Origin: the human T2T-CHM13v2.0 reference genome, Homo sapiens
DNA length: 64,000 bases
Direction: 5' to 3' (one strand)
NCBI RefSeq assembly: GCF_009914755.1
Contig: NC_060927.1
The position numbers and the translations under genes are program-made. How positions within the stretch are numbered: the first letter of the stretch is position 1; each line of letters begins with the position of its first letter. Shown piece after piece: positions 14,958 through 28,172 of the stretch. The notes under the pieces are model-generated. The model saw nothing but the letters and a program-made list of their open reading frames with translations. It made no database searches and had not been told where the DNA came from.

Positions 14958-15048
14958 AAACTGTCTGGGCAGAAGATAAATCCAGTGCTCCGGATGTTTG
15001 GTCAGTCCATATCGGGAGGCATTGATATGGATGGAAATGGCTATCCTG
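14958..15048 (+). CDS. ITGA9: ITGA9 coding exon (probably exon 12), 91 nt, phase 0-1
   Basis: gtttcag acceptor and CTG/gtaagc donor. Encodes KLSGQKINPVLRMFGQSISGGIDMDGNGYP; absent from the ORF track and read directly from the sequence. Confidence 0.96.
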
Positions 15049-17004
15049 GTAAGCTGTTTTTCTTTAAAGGCACATGAGATAAATGAAGATAAATGCATGA
15101 AGTAGAATAATTTTCAGTCTGGTTAGCAATCATCACATCCATTTAGGATTAGGACAATTCACACAATAGAATAGGGTGTTTTGCCTGGTGTTCAATTTTA
15201 AGGTGAAAATAATGTTGATATTTATTTTGGGGTTTTAAACTGATCTACTCTGAATGGCTTAGCACCAGGAGGGTGGATTTGTGTAGTGGTTTCTGGGGCG
15301 GTAATTCTAATGAAGAAAAAAAGCACTGGCCACATCTAAAATGGTTGAATAGTGAAACCTCATGTTTTCCTTTGTATTTAACCACATTCAAAGGCTTCTT
15401 ACTCTTGAGAGGGAAAAAGAGCAGCACCCCCACCGCCCCCTGCCCCTACTCTTGAAATAAAATGATGGAGAAAGATTTGGAGTTAAAAGAAAACCAAGTC
15501 CTCTTGCGTGTGGACAAAGCAGACCTTCACCATTCAATGCTGGCTGGCTTGGCTTTAGAGTTAATTATTGCCTGTGGTGGTTGTGGCTAACTGGATAAAG
15601 ATACATGATTTCAAACCCAACCCCAAGTGATATCTGGCCTAGGTCAAATTGCCTGGGTGGTGGAGTAGTGGTTCTTCAGGTGTTTCAAGATGGAGTGGGG
15701 TAAGGTAAGGAAACAACAGTAAGAATTTGAAAAAATCCAGAATGGTCATGGAATTCAGGAAACATTTCTCTAAATTTTATAGTCATCTTGCTTTTGAGAA
15801 ATATTTCTTTCCACTAAAATTTAAGAAAACTAACGCAGTCTTGTATGAGGACACCACATTGTGTATTTTTGTACAGATAGGAGTTTTGGAAATTCCTCAA
15901 GACAACAGAGCCAGGAGGAAGTAAGGGAATAGAAAGAAGTCAGTGTTGAAGCTTTTGTCCCAAGAAAGACCCTTGTGGGCCTTTTTAAGTTTGAGAAAGC
16001 AGTTCTTGTTCTGGAAAATTTGTGGCCATCCCCAAATAATACCTTATATGGGTTTAGCATTTAATATGTACAAAATGCTTCCACATGCAATGTGCATCTC
16101 GCAGTGACCCCAGCAGGTAAGTAGGATAGGGTGTTTTCCCCACTTTATAAACAAGGATGCTGAGACTCATTGTGAGGGGCTGCCCAGAGCCTGCAGTGCA
16201 CGGGGATCCATGCTTCCCAGTGGTTCAGCTACTTTTCTGTAAATGTGAGGTGAGCAAGGTGTTCACAGTTCACAATGGATCTGAATTTCTGATCTTGTGT
16301 TTTTCATAAGGGAAATTGACAAATTCATCAGGTTCTTTTATTTTTAAACATATAGCAAATTTAAAGACTATTGAAGAACAAAATTGATACAACACCCAAG
16401 TGGAGAAATTTTAGGAACACTATAATTCATGGATTTGCCATTTGTTTTTCCCTAATGAGGGCATCATATAGATGCTCAGTGCATTTAGTGATGTACAGAT
16501 TCAGACCCTCTTGGACTCAGATACTTGGTTCTGTGAAGTAGTAGTGGGAACCCCAGGGCCAGGGATTTATATGGCCGGGTTGGGGTGGTAGGGAGAAAGG
16601 CATAGAACCACTGGAAGAGTAAGTACTTCCTAAATTAAAGTTATTTAGGAATAAACATTACCAGTTAAACCAGGGTCTTGGTTTATAGCTTACCAAGTAT
16701 TTCCATGAATTTACTGACTTAAATATCTGATTTCATATATTTAATAAATATTTACTATAAATCTAGTGGGTACTTAATGAATATTATATAATGACTAATA
16801 AATATTTTCTGATTTAAATGTAATGAAATATTATCAGCTTTTGAAGAAGGCCCTGGGGATAATTATCTTCATTTTACAGACAGGGATACCATGAGATACT
16901 CAGGTCACATAGAGTGAGGGGTGGAGGGTGACAATTCCATGTTCTTCAGAACCTAGAGCATTTTCCAAGAGTCACTGAATTCTAGGTATGTCTTTCTCTA
17001 ATTC

Positions 17005-17305
17005 ACTGATGTGAAAAGAAGTATAAGCCATATGTGTAATCTAAAATATTCCTGTAATTACATAAAATGATAAAAAAGGTGAAGTTAATTTTATTAATTT
17101 TTTTAGCCCAATATAGCCAACATATTATCATTTCAACATATAATCAATATGAAAGTTATTAGTGAGGTAGTTAATGGTTTTCTGTACTAGGTCTTTGAAA
17201 TGTGGTGTGTAGTTTACACTCACAGCACCTCTCGACTGAGACTAGCCACATTTCAAGGCCCCAGTAGCCTGCGTAGGGATTGGCTGCCACGTCAGAGAGT
17301 GTGGC
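17005..17305 (-). mobile_element. MER33-like hAT-Charlie DNA transposon
   Basis: agcccaatatagccaacatattatcatttcaacat...actagccacatttcaag; similar to the split element at 51304-52763. Confidence 0.7.
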
Positions 17306-17462
17306 TTCCATTCTTACAAGATCATTGTATAGCCCAGACAGTGGTCGTCTGAGGGCTCTCCGGCCTCAAGGCTGGGTCTCCATCCTTGTGAGCGCATTCC
17401 CAGGGCGCGGTTGTGTATGGGCTTCAGCAAGTTTCTGAACGCTGTAAACTTCTCATTTTCAG

Positions 17463-17508
17463 ATGTCACTGTTGGAGCCTTCATGTCCGACAGCGTGGTT
17501 CTTCTCAG
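17463..17508 (+). CDS. ITGA9: ITGA9 coding exon (probably exon 13), 46 nt, phase 1-2
   Basis: cattttcag acceptor and CAG/gtgaga donor. Encodes (D)VTVGAFMSDSVVLL(R), completing the last propeller blade. Confidence 0.95.
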
Positions 17509-17735
17509 GTGAGAGGCCCCACTCTTGCTCCTTGAATTGTGCTGTTCAGGGTGAGGGATGGAGCCATTCACCATTCATGGGCTCTTTCCTCTGTCCTGTT
17601 CCTTGTAGGCTGGAGGTGCTTAGTAAGTGGAAATGCTACCTTATTTTCTCATTCTAATTATTCTCTATCCCAGAGTTTCTAGCTGTGGCCTTGAATGGCT
17701 TGCAGGTATGAGATGATAACATCCTGGGAGCTTCT

Positions 17736-17813
17736 AGGTAGGGGTTGGGGTAGCCTAACTCTTAAGCCTAAGGTAGGGGTTGGGGTAGCCTAACTCTTAA
17801 GCCTAACTCTTAA
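17736..17813. repeat. Perfect 35-bp tandem duplication with a nested 13-bp unit
   Basis: aggtaggggttggggtagcctaactcttaagccta at 17736-17770 and 17771-17805; gcctaactcttaa occurs three times. Confidence 0.97.
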
Positions 17814-18576
17814 GCTATTTGCTTTTGGCCAAGAACCTTCCATAATGTGCCATAAAAATATTTTATAATTTCCTGCGGGTGCTGGGAAGCACTGTTCATT
17901 CTGTCTCTTCATCTGTACACCCTGCATTTGTACCTCCAGTCAGTCCACAACACCCTGGGGACCGGGAGCCTCCTGCCCGTTAGACAGCACGTCATTCCCT
18001 GTTGGCTGCAGAGGTGAGGGACATGAGCTGAGGCCCAGAGCTTGCTGAGGCCCGTGCAGTCTGCATCTCTCCTGCAAAGGCCAGTGGGCCGCCGCCACCA
18101 CCCGTGAACCCTCTCCAAGTATTTCTAGCTGTATGAGTCAGAGGAGGCAGAATTACACTTTGGAGTGGGAGCCAATTCTTAGGTTTTGTTAATAACCTGA
18201 TGGCAGAACTTTCTAAAATAGACTAATAGGATCTCAGAGCTGGAAGGGATCCCAGAGGCCATGTAGTTCCACACCCCAGATCCTTCTTATTCAGCGGTAC
18301 CTTCTGCTGGTCTCCACTGCAGGGCTACACAGCCTCCTGTTTGAGTGAGATGCCCCATGAGTGGGAGCCCAGTTACTTCTAAGGGAACCAGCTTGCCCCG
18401 GGTAACATTAAATCTTGAATTATTAAAGAGGCAGAAGAGCCTTGAGGTTGAATGTGAACTCAGGGGCCAGGTGGCCGGGTTCCAGCCCTGACTCTGCCCT
18501 TACTAGGTGAGTTTCCTGGGCAAGTCCCCTGACCTTTCTGTTTCAGGATTCTCCTCTGTTGGCCAGGACAGCAATA

Positions 18577-18775
18577 CAGATGCTCCTTGACTTAGGATGG
18601 GGTTATTTCCAGATAAATCCATTCTAAGTCAAAACATGGTAGTTTCAACTTAGGATGGGTTTATCCAGATGTAGCCTCATGGTAAGTCAAGGAGTGTGCT
18701 GCATTCCTATGGCTTTTGCACCGTTGTGAAGTTGAAAAATCATAAGTTAAACCATTATAAGTCGGGGACTATCTG
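18577..18775. mobile_element. MER47-like Tigger (TcMar) MITE inserted into a MIR
   Basis: ta|cagatgctccttgactta...taagtcggggactatctg termini; MIR sequence on both sides (about 18430-18576 and 18776-18830). Confidence 0.75.
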
Positions 18776-19213
18776 CAGTACATGTAAAATGTTCAGAACA
18801 GTGCCTGGTTTAACTGCTTAATAAATCTTAGCAAGTTTGATGTAAATTGGGTTAAATTTGCCTCCCTAAAATTCTGCTTCTCAGTCTTGTGTCTTTTATG
18901 TAGCAACCCTTTAGTATCTGAAGGGGGCAATTGTGTCCCCCAAGTGGTGACTTCACTAAGATAAGGCCTCCCTGGTTCCTGTAATTATTTCCCATGTGAC
19001 TGGATTTTCACTTTCTTTATCAGCGCTTCCTCTGGATAAAACAGCTTTTGTGGCTCCAAATGATTGAGGTTAGATTTGTGAATCTGGTTGCTCTAGTTGG
19101 TGCTTTCATGATGTCATCTTTGCTCTCTTCATTATCCTGAGCATCTTACTTTGGTTTGTCAGGATTCTTCTCAAATAAAACACACTCCTCAACTTTTACA
19201 GTTGAAAACAGGC

Positions 19214-19520
19214 TTTTTTTTTTCTTCTTTTCTTTTTTTGAGATGGAGTCTTGCTCTGTCACCCGGGCTGGAGTGCAATGGTGTAATCTCAGCTCACCAC
19301 AACCTCCGCCTCCTGGGTTCAAGTGATTCTCCTGCCTCAGCCTCCTGAGCAGCTGGGATCACAGGTGCACACCACCACACCTGGCTAATTTTTTAATATT
19401 TTTAGTAGAGACAGGTTTCACCATGTTGATCAGGCTGGTCTCGAACTCCTGACCTCGTGATCCGCCCACCTCAGCCTCCCAAAGTGCTGGGATTACAGGC
19501 GTGAGCCATTGCGCCTGACC
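19214..19520 (-). mobile_element. Alu (AluS-like), antisense
   Basis: Dimeric Alu reverse complement; aacaggc on both flanks. Confidence 0.94.
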
Positions 19521-20189
19521 CAACAGGCCCTCTTAAAACCGGGGCCATCTGGCTGAAGGTCCATCATATAGACTCTGCTTTCTCATCATTCTTGTGTTTT
19601 TTAATCTTCCTGCTGTGAGCTTAATCCAAAGGGTATTTTCTTTTTCTCTTCTTCATGGTGAGGGACAGCCTTCTCCAGGAGTTTGCTCACATATGGATGT
19701 AAAGTAAAGCGAGGCAGTTACACAATGGGTGGGAGACCCCAGACTCCAGCCTAGGATGGAGGGTTGAATCTGGTGAGTTGGAGCTCAACAGGGACAAATG
19801 TAAAGTTCTTCAAGAAGAACTCCAGGGAGAGCACATATCAAGAGAAGAGACCTAGGAGAGGAGCCTGGGGAGCCCTGCCCTGAATAAGAGCATGGAAGGC
19901 CCAAGAAGAGTGGTCGGGCCATGACAGCTGTAGAGTAGCATGCAAGGATGTTGTGGTCACAATAATCCATTATCTTATTCATTCAGCTAAGGTGCATTGA
20001 CCTGTTGAGATGCAGCCATGCATCAGATCCTGGGGATTTGATGGGAAACCTGACCTAGCCTGTGACCTTAGATTATAGCCAGAGAGCCATATGCAAGTGA
20101 ATAATAATGCAACCAATGTTTGGTAAGCTCCTACCGCATGCCTGGCACAGTGTGAGCACTTCATTTGTGTTCATTCTTTGTTATTGTTT

Positions 20190-20598
20190 TCTTTCTGTAT
20201 TAAGGTAGAATTTGCATGCAATAAAATGCACCAATTTGAGAGTATGACTCCATGAGTTTTGACCACTGCATACGCTGTGTGACTACCACCCCACCACAAT
20301 AAAGAATACTTCTGTCACCCCAGATAGTTTCCTTGTGCCTCTGTCTGGTCATACCCCTCTCCTGATAGACAACCACTGTTCTGACTTCTATCACCATAGA
20401 TCCATCTTGCCCATGCTAGAATTTCACATTGGTGGGAATATACAGTATGGACTCTTTTGTTTCTGGCCTCTTTTAATCAGTGTGATGCATTTGAGATTCG
20501 TTCATGTTGGTGTGTTGCTTGTTTTTCCCCTTACTGAGTAGCACTCCATTGACTGAATATCCTTGAGTTTGTTCATCCATCCTCTTGTTGACAGAACA
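20190..20598 (-). mobile_element. Old L1M 3' end, antisense, inserted in a MIR
   Basis: aataaaatgcacc...gacaaccactgttctgacttctatcaccataga...tacagtatg pattern; MIR fragments on both sides. Confidence 0.7.
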
Positions 20599-21268
20599 CA
20601 TGACAACTCTTAGTCTTCTTAACAATCCATGACATAAGTGGGGCTGTTATCCCCATTTTATGGGTGAGGAGACCAAGGACATGCAGATCTTATTAATATA
20701 AAAGGGAAGGTGATTCCAGATGGTGGTAGGTGCTGTGAGGATTCTAAGGCAGGGTTACTTGGTCAGGCAGTGGTGTCAAAGTCAGCAGGAAGGGCCAAGC
20801 AGAGTGAGGCCTGAGACTTGTTGGAGGTGGCAGGGGGAGGTCAGGGGTGCCCTTGGCTGTGGTGGCTCTAGAGAAGTGATGGGGCAAAAGCCAGATGGCA
20901 GTGGGTGGGTGAGAGAAGAAACAAGAAGGACAGTGACTCTTGACTGCTTCTCCAGAAGCTTGGCTGCAAAGGAGCAAATGGGACCAGCAGGTAGTTCAGG
21001 GAGGTGTTTTAAGGACGGGAAGCTCTAGATCAGTGATTAGGCCAAGAACGTCTTTGAGCCATTTTCTGGTCTCCCAAGTCCCTTACCCTCTTGGAAGAGA
21101 TCAGAGGTGGTCACCCTCAGCTTCGCCCTCATCTATGTGAACCCTGATGCCCTAACCCTGTGCCTACACCCAAGGGTCCTGGAGAGGTTGAAGAGACAAG
21201 AGGGAGGATGGGAGGCTGCTCCAGGGATGAGGGATGGGGGGATGAGGTTGGTGAGAGTGATGGAATCT

Positions 21269-21432
21269 GGTACATGGGCTGGGGGCGAGGGGCCCTCATC
21301 TTCTGAGCCAGGCCCCAAGATAGGAATAAGGTCAGAGCAAGGTTCAGTTCCGGTACATGGGCTGGGGGCGAGGGGCTCTCATCTTCTGAGCCAGGCCCCA
21401 AGATAGGAATAAGGTCAGGGCGAGGTTCAGTT
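21269..21432. repeat. 83-bp tandem duplication (2 copies, about 96% identical)
   Basis: ggtacatgggctgggggcgagggg...aggttcagtt starts at 21269 and 21352; 3 internal mismatches. Confidence 0.95.
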
Positions 21433-22005
21433 TGGGATGTGGATGAGGATGAAGCAGAGGGTGACCACCCTGGTCTATTCCAGGAGGACAAGGGAATCAG
21501 GGAGAGCAGGGAAGGCTTCAAAGACAGGCTGGAGCCCCTAAGAGAGGAAGCAAGGTGGGGCAGGCAAAGGGGTTGCTGAGCATGTCTGAGGGGCCAGCAG
21601 GCTGGATGTCTGCAGGGGCAGCCGTTGATAAAGTCCCAGGATTCAGCTGAGCAGCAGTGAAGGCCTGGAGGCATCAGCTGGCTATGTTAAGTAGGGGCTT
21701 GGCTCAGCCTGGCCTAACTGATGTTAGATTTTGAGTTACTTTAGGTTTTGGGTGGGACTAGAAAAGCAGGGAGAGCTAGGAGACCACGCATGTGCAAGCA
21801 CACATAGATATATATTGCCCATCGTTCCTAACCCTCCTAAGGGCAGGAGGCCAGAGGTATGTGGGTTAGGAATGCTATGGGCTGCAGCTAAGAGAAAACC
21901 TGGCTGAGGCTTTCAACTATATGACCTCAAATTAGCTCCCTGGAGGTAGGTGGCCCCAGGGCTGGCTTAGTAACCTAACAATGGCACCAGTGGCACCAGG
22001 GGTGA

Positions 22006-22457
<452 letters not shown>

Positions 22458-24717
22458 GCTACCAGCTTCTTAAGAAAAAAAAAGCACTGAAAGCACTTGT
22501 GATGCTGTCCTTGGGTGCTCCTTTGCTTTTATCTCAGAGGCTGGCAATTTGTAGGCAGGACTGTGAGACGCAGTCTCCCCTGCCCCCAGGAGTGTGGCTG
22601 GCCCACTCTGCCCTCAGGAAGTTTGCTTCCCTCAGATTAGCTCCGGGGCAGGTCCTGTGTCAGGGTGATAGGCACACGGTGCTCTCCCATTGAAGGTCAC
22701 AGGAAGCGATCAGAGAGGCCTCTGAAAGATTTCTGGGCTTTTCTTCATCCAAAAACAATACTTGGAGTTGAAACAAAAAGGTTGAAGGGAACTGATCCGA
22801 CAGCTGTGGGAAGGAGATGTACCTGTGAAGGTCCCTGTGGTCCATTTCAAAGGATACTGTTTTTCCAACTTCCACTGAGGTCACTGTGTCTGGGCTGCCC
22901 ACGTCTGTTTCCTGCCTGCCGCACTGTCTTCTGCAGAGCTCTTTTGTGAGAGGAGGATTCGGCCTCCTCCCTGACGAGGTGGCCCCTGGGGATGATGGGG
23001 CGGGCTAGGCTTTTCTTCTGTACCATGACCAGGCGCGTCAGGGACCAGGCAAGGTGGAGACCAGCTCTTCATGGTACTTCTGTCCATCTGTGAGGCTTTG
23101 GACACTCGTGGTTTTCAGTCTCCTAGGCTGGAGTAAAATTTGTATTTATTTAACAAGGGTGTTTGCACATTTATTATGGGAACGAGAGGATGAATTCACC
23201 GGATCCCAGCCCTTGCAGGGTGCTGCAGGATGGTGGGGCAGGTTTGGAAATAGACAATGACTGTTCACCTTAGTAAGTGGGGGCCAGAGGTGTGTGTACA
23301 GAGCTGGAAGCACAGAGAGGGAGGATGCCTGTCAGGGGTACTAGAGAAGGCTTCCTCAGGGTGGGAACATTTGAGCTGGCTGTTGAAAGGTCGACGGGGT
23401 TTTATAGGGTGTCCATTGGCATCTGCACAATCACACTGGCCAGGGGTAAGAGATCCACTTTCCGATTTATTTCTAGTATCCTATAAGGATGAACCCAGAA
23501 GAAAATGGAAAGACTAAGGTGTTGGCCTTCTTTCAGGCACTGCTATTGTCTGACTTCCGTTTGTCCTGTGGCCAGATTTGCTCTGGAAGTCCCGCAGTTC
23601 CACTGCATCTGTTATCACTACTCTCTGTTGACCCCATCTCCCAGCATGGTGGCAGCAGTGGAGTCCCCTCACCCTATCTGTGCCTCGTGTCTCTTCACTT
23701 CCTTTGTTCACCCAGATTTTCCTTAACGCTTTCTTCCATTGGAGTTGGTGTGGGTCATCATTCCCATCCGCCCTATCACCCTGGGCTCTCTTTGAGGGAT
23801 CATTGTACACAGGGGCATCATTGTTCTCAAGCTACTAATGCCCCTTAATCTTGTTATGTCACCCCAGTGGTGTGAAGGCCAGGGCTCCTTAGAGGTAAAA
23901 GGGTCTCTTTGTGAGGCCTGGAGGGGAGAAGGTTGAGCAGTAGCTTAGGTGAATGCTGCCTGAGCAGATGTCTGCAGTGGGAGCAGAATGGTGTGATTTA
24001 CTCTTTGTTTTTGTGGGATGTCCTTGGGGAGCCCAAGGACTGTCCATTCATCAAGCACTGGGAGATGGTCCATGGCAGGGAGGAGAGTATGGCTTTTTAT
24101 TGAGTTTCATTTGGTCATAAGACTGGGCAGGTTGATTTCTTCTGCCCTGAAGCACTTTGCTATTACCAGCTGGGACTCCACTTATCAAGTTCTTTTAGGA
24201 AATTACCCAATGAATTGGTGGAGGTAAATGATGCAGGAGGTTTGACCAACTGGATGGGGCTACAACATTGCAGTTCATGCTCATAATGGCAGCAAATGCT
24301 TGAGGGAATCCCTGAGTATGCATCTATTTCTTGAATCATGGCATCTGCTCTAGGAAATCCTCTTAAATGTATTCTTATCTCCCTAATAATATGGAAATTG
24401 ATACTTAATTGGTAAAATTTTAAATAATTACCCAGCATCTGGTGGTTCATTTATGGCTTCAACCAGATGCGTTTTATTAACAACAAACTTGCTTTTATTA
24501 TTGGGACGCTAACTATTAATTTACTAGGCAATATGCCCCTTCTAAAACCAGAAAAAAATGCTCACAGAACATACTAGCCCTTCTCTCTTGGGATATTTCA
24601 TGCTTTAATTAAATGCTGGGTTGAAGGCCTAGGATTTATCCTGTTGGTCTAGTTCTTGTTTGGTTCTGAGAGCTGCTCCTTACCACGACTAAGTCACCTT
24701 CCTCTCTTGCCCTGCAG

Positions 24718-24872
24718 AGCAAGGCCTGTCATTACGGTGGATGTCTCCATCTTCCTCCCGGGCTCCATCAACATCACAGCGCCTCAGTGTCACGACGGAC
24801 AGCAGCCTGTGAACTGCCTGAACGTCACCACCTGCTTCAGCTTCCATGGCAAACACGTTCCAGAAGAGATTG
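24718..24872 (+). CDS. ITGA9: ITGA9 coding exon (probably exon 14), 155 nt, phase 2-1, start of thigh domain
   Basis: ccctgcag acceptor and TTG/gtaatg donor. Encodes ARPVITVDVSIFLPGSINITAPQCHDGQQPVNCLNVTTCFSFHGKHVPEEI, with the typical RARPV propeller/thigh junction and two N-glycosylation sequons (NIT, NVT). Confidence 0.97.
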
Positions 24873-25714
24873 GTAATGAGCCACCAAGTCAGGGCTCAGG
24901 ATACCCGTTTAGCTGGAGTGGGCTAGTGGGATATTTCCGATGTTCCCTGTCACTGTTCCTCCCAGCTGGTTTTGCAGGCAGCAGGCACACAGGCTGGACA
25001 TCCTTTCCCTCTGAGGTTCCTCCCCTTCTATTTCCTGCTTATCAACATGTTTCTAATGTCACACAACCTCCAGCTCTAGGACAAATAATGTTGGACCCCA
25101 AGCATTCTTTTTGCAAATATGAGGGCTAGACTGAAGCCTCATTGGACCACAGGTCCTATGGGACTGGTGGAGATATAGTGCCTGGAGCCTGGCCCTTAGG
25201 GAACATTCGAGCAGTTAGAAAGCAGAAGTGACAGGACTTTGGAGGCTCCTTATTGAGCTTGTAGCATCAGCCAGATGTCAGGGGACTTATACCATTTACT
25301 ATGGAATTGGAGACCAAAGATGGATGGTGGGATTCGGATGCTGGTGTTACAGAGGCTTAGGTTTCTAAAAGAGGGGTGCTGCTTTGGCAGCTCAGAATTG
25401 AAAAGAGGCAGGCATTGTCCTGACAGCTGGTAACTGTCCCTGCCATTTGTCTGGCTGGGGAAAATCAACTTGCTAGCCCAGCTCTAGAGACTGGATTAAA
25501 CCCCAGAACAAGATAGAACCAGTGTTGATTGGAATTCAGAGCACGTGATCACCTGAAGGAAATGAATCTGGAGCTTTATGCATATTACTAGGTGCTTCAT
25601 TTTTATTTAAAAGGCTGATTTAATAATAGAAAGAAAAACTCCAGGCAAACAAAAACACTAACGGACCTGAACCTACTGACGTTCTTAGATATTTTTAATG
25701 TCATGAGTGACTCC

Positions 25715-25879
25715 TTTTGCTACTCACAGTGTAGCCCCTGGCCTAGCATTGTCAGCATCACTGGGAACTTGTTAGAAATGCAGGACTTTGGGCTCCGCTT
25801 TGGACTTCTGAATCAGAATCTGCATTTTCACAAGAGCCCCACAAGATTCCTGTGCACATTTAAGTTTGAGAAGCACTGC
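25715..25879. mobile_element. MER5-like hAT-Charlie element
   Basis: cagcatcactgggaacttgttagaaatgcag...tgaatcagaatctgcatttt...gtttgagaagcactg. Confidence 0.75.
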
Positions 25880-28172
25880 TCTGGAGCACACATGTGTGCA
25901 CACACGCCCACTCATGCAGAAATATTTACGTGAGCTAGTTCATTCCTCAGCCACACCTCAAATGTTCTACCTTATTTAATATGTTCATCCTTCTTGGCTG
26001 TCTCATTGGCAATTTCTCTTGATCTTCAGGTATATTGAATAAGCTCAACGATTAAACATATTTATTTTATCATTTTTTAAAAAGAGCTTAGAAATTTCAA
26101 CATTGAATGAAACCATACCATAAAACTTGGGAACTGGTTAGTGAGGGAGGATTAACAACATTTTCTTGTGCAGCTCAATGAGAAAGAGCAGCTCACTCAA
26201 GATCACACAGATATTGTTGAAGCCAGGAGTTGAATTTGGATCTTATGATACTTAGTTTTGCTTTCTAACAACTATTTCTCACCACCTCCATAATTGTTTA
26301 AGATACTACAGTCTTAAGGAAAAAAGCTTTCTGATAGTTCTGGGACTCGTGTGTCCTCCACATAATTAAGCAGTCTGTCTTCTGTCCAGTGCCAGCTCAT
26401 CACGTAGTTGGACTCTGTTAAAAAACATTTTTAAAGAATGAAGATTAATTTTGATACACATAAGAATGAGAACTATTCTAGAACTCTCAAAAAGGGCAAA
26501 CGAGTAATAGTGTCTGTGTATGTTCATTTGACACATGCTTATTATGTATCCACATGTGCCAGGCACTGGAGATATAGTCCTGCCCTCATGGAGCTTCTAA
26601 AGGGAGTTACAAAGAGTTTCTACTATTTTGGCCTTGAAGCAGTGTTAGACAACGTTCACTTATCGCTGTTGTGAAAGTGAAGGTAAATTGGCATAGCTGA
26701 AGCAGAGAAGAAGAAACCAAGATGCAAGTTAGAGCAAGAGTGATTCAGAGCATGAGACAAGTGGTAGAGCAAACTCTGATTTGAAGGTTCATGAGCTGAG
26801 CGCAGAGGAGATGTGGGTGCCTCCTCATGCTGTTCCCGACCAGTGGCTCTTTCTGGGGCCCCATCTAGCATGAGCCTTTCACAGACTGCTAAGCACAATT
26901 AGAATGAAGGTCTAGGCTTAGCCATAGCCCCAGAAGTGTTGGGGTAAAGTGGAAGAGGCCGGCAGTTGGATGGCATCTTGTACTGTACCTTGTGGGCAAT
27001 GCGAAGCAACCTGGCTTATATCTGACATTAGGTGGGGCCCATTCAGCACCAGTGTACCCTCCCATTAATTTCTCTTCCCTATCCTCCATCTGCCACATGG
27101 GTTCATAGATAAAGTCAAACATCCCTTTATACTCTAAGGGTGTGTTTCCCCGATAATCAGGCTTAAAGGGGATGGTAACTGGAGAATTTTGATATCTCAG
27201 TATAATAAGGCAATGCAGAAAATTATTCATCCCCAGCATGTTTCTGTCACTTTCTCTGGCATTCATATCTCAATCTTTGCAGTAGAAAGAGAAATGTAGA
27301 AATCTGCCAGAAAATGTGCTGGCAGTGAAATGGAGAGTTTGGGGAGGGAAAAATGGGCAGGCCTTATGGAAATGTGATAGGAAATGAGGTGGAGGTGAAA
27401 GGTCAGGTAACTGTGGGGGCCCAGCTCTGGGTGAGGTGTCCTAGAATTCAGCAAGGAAGGCAGCCTCTTGGCTCTGCACAGTTGGGAAGGTCAGTCTTCA
27501 GATGGAGGAAAGATGGGCACTTCCAGGACACAGATACCCTCCACTCCCATCCAAGCTCAGCAGAGGGTGCTGGCCAACTCTGTCATTTCCAGGCCTCCGC
27601 CTCAGGAACCCACAGCTGAGACACTGGGTTACCAGCCTTCCTACTCTTTGTGCTGGCAGCTGCAGAGGAACCATGTGGATGATGACTTTGTCCATGGAAT
27701 GCCTGGTGAATGAGTGCCAGCCCTGGGCAGGCCTTCCAGGCACCTCTCAATGTCTGCATATCTTGGGCTGAGTTTGTTATTAAGACGGCTGCATTTGGGC
27801 AGAGCAATACACAGATACCTGTGGTGGGCTAGGTACTGCTGTCAGAAGTGGTATCTTCTGTGGTATTTATCTGCTGCTGTCTTCAGCTACATGACCTGCT
27901 CTCTGAGGATGGTTTTGAGAGCCATAAGCAGCTGATGTTAGTCTTGTGCCTTTGGTTTCTTCTTCTCTACCTGGCAGGGTTCAAGCCTATGTACAGAGAA
28001 GGGACACCAACTGCCTCTTTATTTCCTGCTTTAGAAATGGGAGACCACAGTGCCTACTTGGTCATGGGAGTGTTCAGGACCAGCTCATTAGCGGGACACA
28101 AGCTGCTGTAGCCTCTGTAAATACTGTAGGAAATACAGACTTTCTCTGTAGGAGGTGAATCTGCCTTGGCCT

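Noticed and set aside
17736-21432. Direct repeats as a CRISPR-like array
   Set aside because: They are two-copy head-to-tail duplications without unique spacers, in a mammalian intron with no cas genes.
21129-21674. 181-aa Ser/Pro-rich minus-strand ORF with internal repeat similarity
   Set aside because: Explained by G-rich composition and the 83-bp tandem duplication.
24873-25129. Read-through of exon 14 (85 extra codons) as an alternative C-terminus
   Set aside because: I saw no canonical poly(A) signal close downstream, and the added peptide is featureless.
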